DNA of 64,000 nucleotides from an uncultured Gammaproteobacteria bacterium (GTDB lineage Bacteria; Pseudomonadota; Gammaproteobacteria; JAURND01): NCBI GenBank assembly GCA_963714975.1, contig CAVQQD010000003.1, positions 672,001 to 736,000 of the forward strand, read 5' to 3'. Shown piece by piece: positions 62,875 to 64,000 of this stretch (position 1 is its first letter; each line of letters starts with the position of its first letter). The notes under the pieces were generated by a model. It saw only the letters and a program-made list of their open reading frames with translations, ran no database searches and was not told where the DNA came from. The position numbers and the translations under genes were made by a program.

Positions 62875-64000
62875 TGTATTTCCAAACTCACTAGTTCTTT
62901 ATATAAACCCAGTTCCTGGATCAAATCCTCATGGCGTCCATGTTGCACAATTCTTCCAGACTTAATGACAATGATTTGATCACAATCGCGAATAGCGCTG
63001 AGTCTATGTGCAATAATAAAAAGAGTACAATTTATTTTTTTTAAATTATCATAAATTTGCTTTTCAATGGCAGGATCTAATGCTGAGGTTGCTTCATCTA
63101 ATATTAATAATTTTGGTTTGCCTAACAAGGCGCGAGCAATTTCTAAGCGTTGGACTTGACCACCGCTAAAATTTTTACCTCCCTCAGCAATTTTTGCATC
63201 TAAACCGCCACGGGTATTAATGACATCGCCAATGCAAGCTGCTGCCAATGCTTCTTGGATATCAGAGTCTTTTATATCCGGGTTCCATAAGGTCATATTA
63301 TCTCGGACGGATGCCTCAAATAAAAAAATACTCTGATTAACTAATCCAATAAATTTTGCATATTCAGAACGAGAAATTGTGTTTAATGGGTTTTCATAAA
63401 TTAATATTTCACCAGACCAGGGCTGAAAGAGACCGCAAATAAGATGAGACAAACTTGATTTCCCACCACCACTTGGACCAACAACTGCAACTCGTTCGCC
63501 AAGGTTTACTTTGATTGATAAGTCATAAAAAATGGGCTGTTCTAGTTTTGAATAGCCAAATTGTATTGAGCGCAATTCTAAAATAGGTTTAACAGCTTCA
63601 TTTGCTAAAAGAACAGTTTCATCCTTGCTTGATAAAATTTTTTCTATAGCATAGTGGTTCACGTCATTGATTCTAGCGAGATCACCTCTTACTTTATAAA
63701 GCGATTCTACCAGATTAAGTATATCTTTAAATGGCTTGTCGAAGCTAATTAATAGAATTTGGATAGCAATCAACATCCCTAGAGTTAATTGACCTTTAAG
63801 AATTAAGTAACTCCCTAAGCATAAAACAATAACTTGTTTTGTGCCATCTAAAAGTGTTGAAATTATTCTTAAAACAGCCGAATAAATTTCGATTTGTTGT
63901 TGGATGTTTATTTTTTTGGCATGATGTGCAGCCCAATAGTTAAAAAAATTATCTTCCACAGCATTGGATTTTAGTGTTTGCATTATTTCTATACCGTTCA
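62871..64000 (-). CDS. Bacteriocin ABC transporter, probably the C39-peptidase-containing subunit; C-terminal part only
   Basis: TMD end plus GPSGGGKS, FSGGQVQRLEIARAL, DEATSALD; frame is open to the window edge; ATGA coupling to the next gene. Confidence 0.85.
   Translation of the reverse strand, partial: NGIEIMQTLKSNAVEDNFFNYWAAHHAKKINIQQQIEIYSAVLRIISTLLDGTKQVIVLCLGSYLILKGQLTLGMLIAIQILLISFDKPFKDILNLVESLYKVRGDLARINDVNHYAIEKILSSKDETVLLANEAVKPILELRSIQFGYSKLEQPIFYDLSIKVNLGERVAVVGPSGGGKSSLSHLICGLFQPWSGEILIYENPLNTISRSEYAKFIGLVNQSIFLFEASVRDNMTLWNPDIKDSDIQEALAAACIGDVINTRGGLDAKIAEGGKNFSGGQVQRLEIARALLGKPKLLILDEATSALDPAIEKQIYDNLKKINCTLFIIAHRLSAIRDCDQIIVIKSGRIVQHGRHEDLIQELGLYKELVSLEIQ

Overview
Bacterial chromosomal window that looks like a Legionellales/Coxiellaceae-type gammaproteobacterium. 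This is an inference from the mrp-dcd, purMN-hda, rseP-msrB and prpD housekeeping genes, the orphan effector-like proteins, the PmrA-type boxes and the C-terminal CaaX motifs. It contains the end of a polysaccharide locus, a decayed StyA-like monooxygenase next to an HO-like diiron enzyme, and a complete arginine pathway in Gram-positive-style order (argCJBD / argFG / argH) with tandem ARG boxes. It also holds etfBA, several large orphan effector-like genes, an AT-rich methyltransferase island with an IS701-like remnant, a divergent cellulose-synthase-like GT2 beside rfbF, and three tRNAs. Three observations stand out. (1) Two unannotated tandem 58-aa double-glycine precursor peptides (60282-60458, 60490-60666) share a conserved 47-aa leader and have variable 11-aa cores; they lie next to an NHLM-type bacteriocin ABC transporter pair, suggesting a new peptide/RiPP export system. 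(2) A family of large fold-back elements has a conserved, covarying GC-rich core and locus-specific perfect 34-81 bp inverted arms; two of them occupy the leaders of the divergent arg operons. (3) Palindromic repeats are inserted in frame into argJ and into a giant AAA protein. All calls are by eye, with no database searches.
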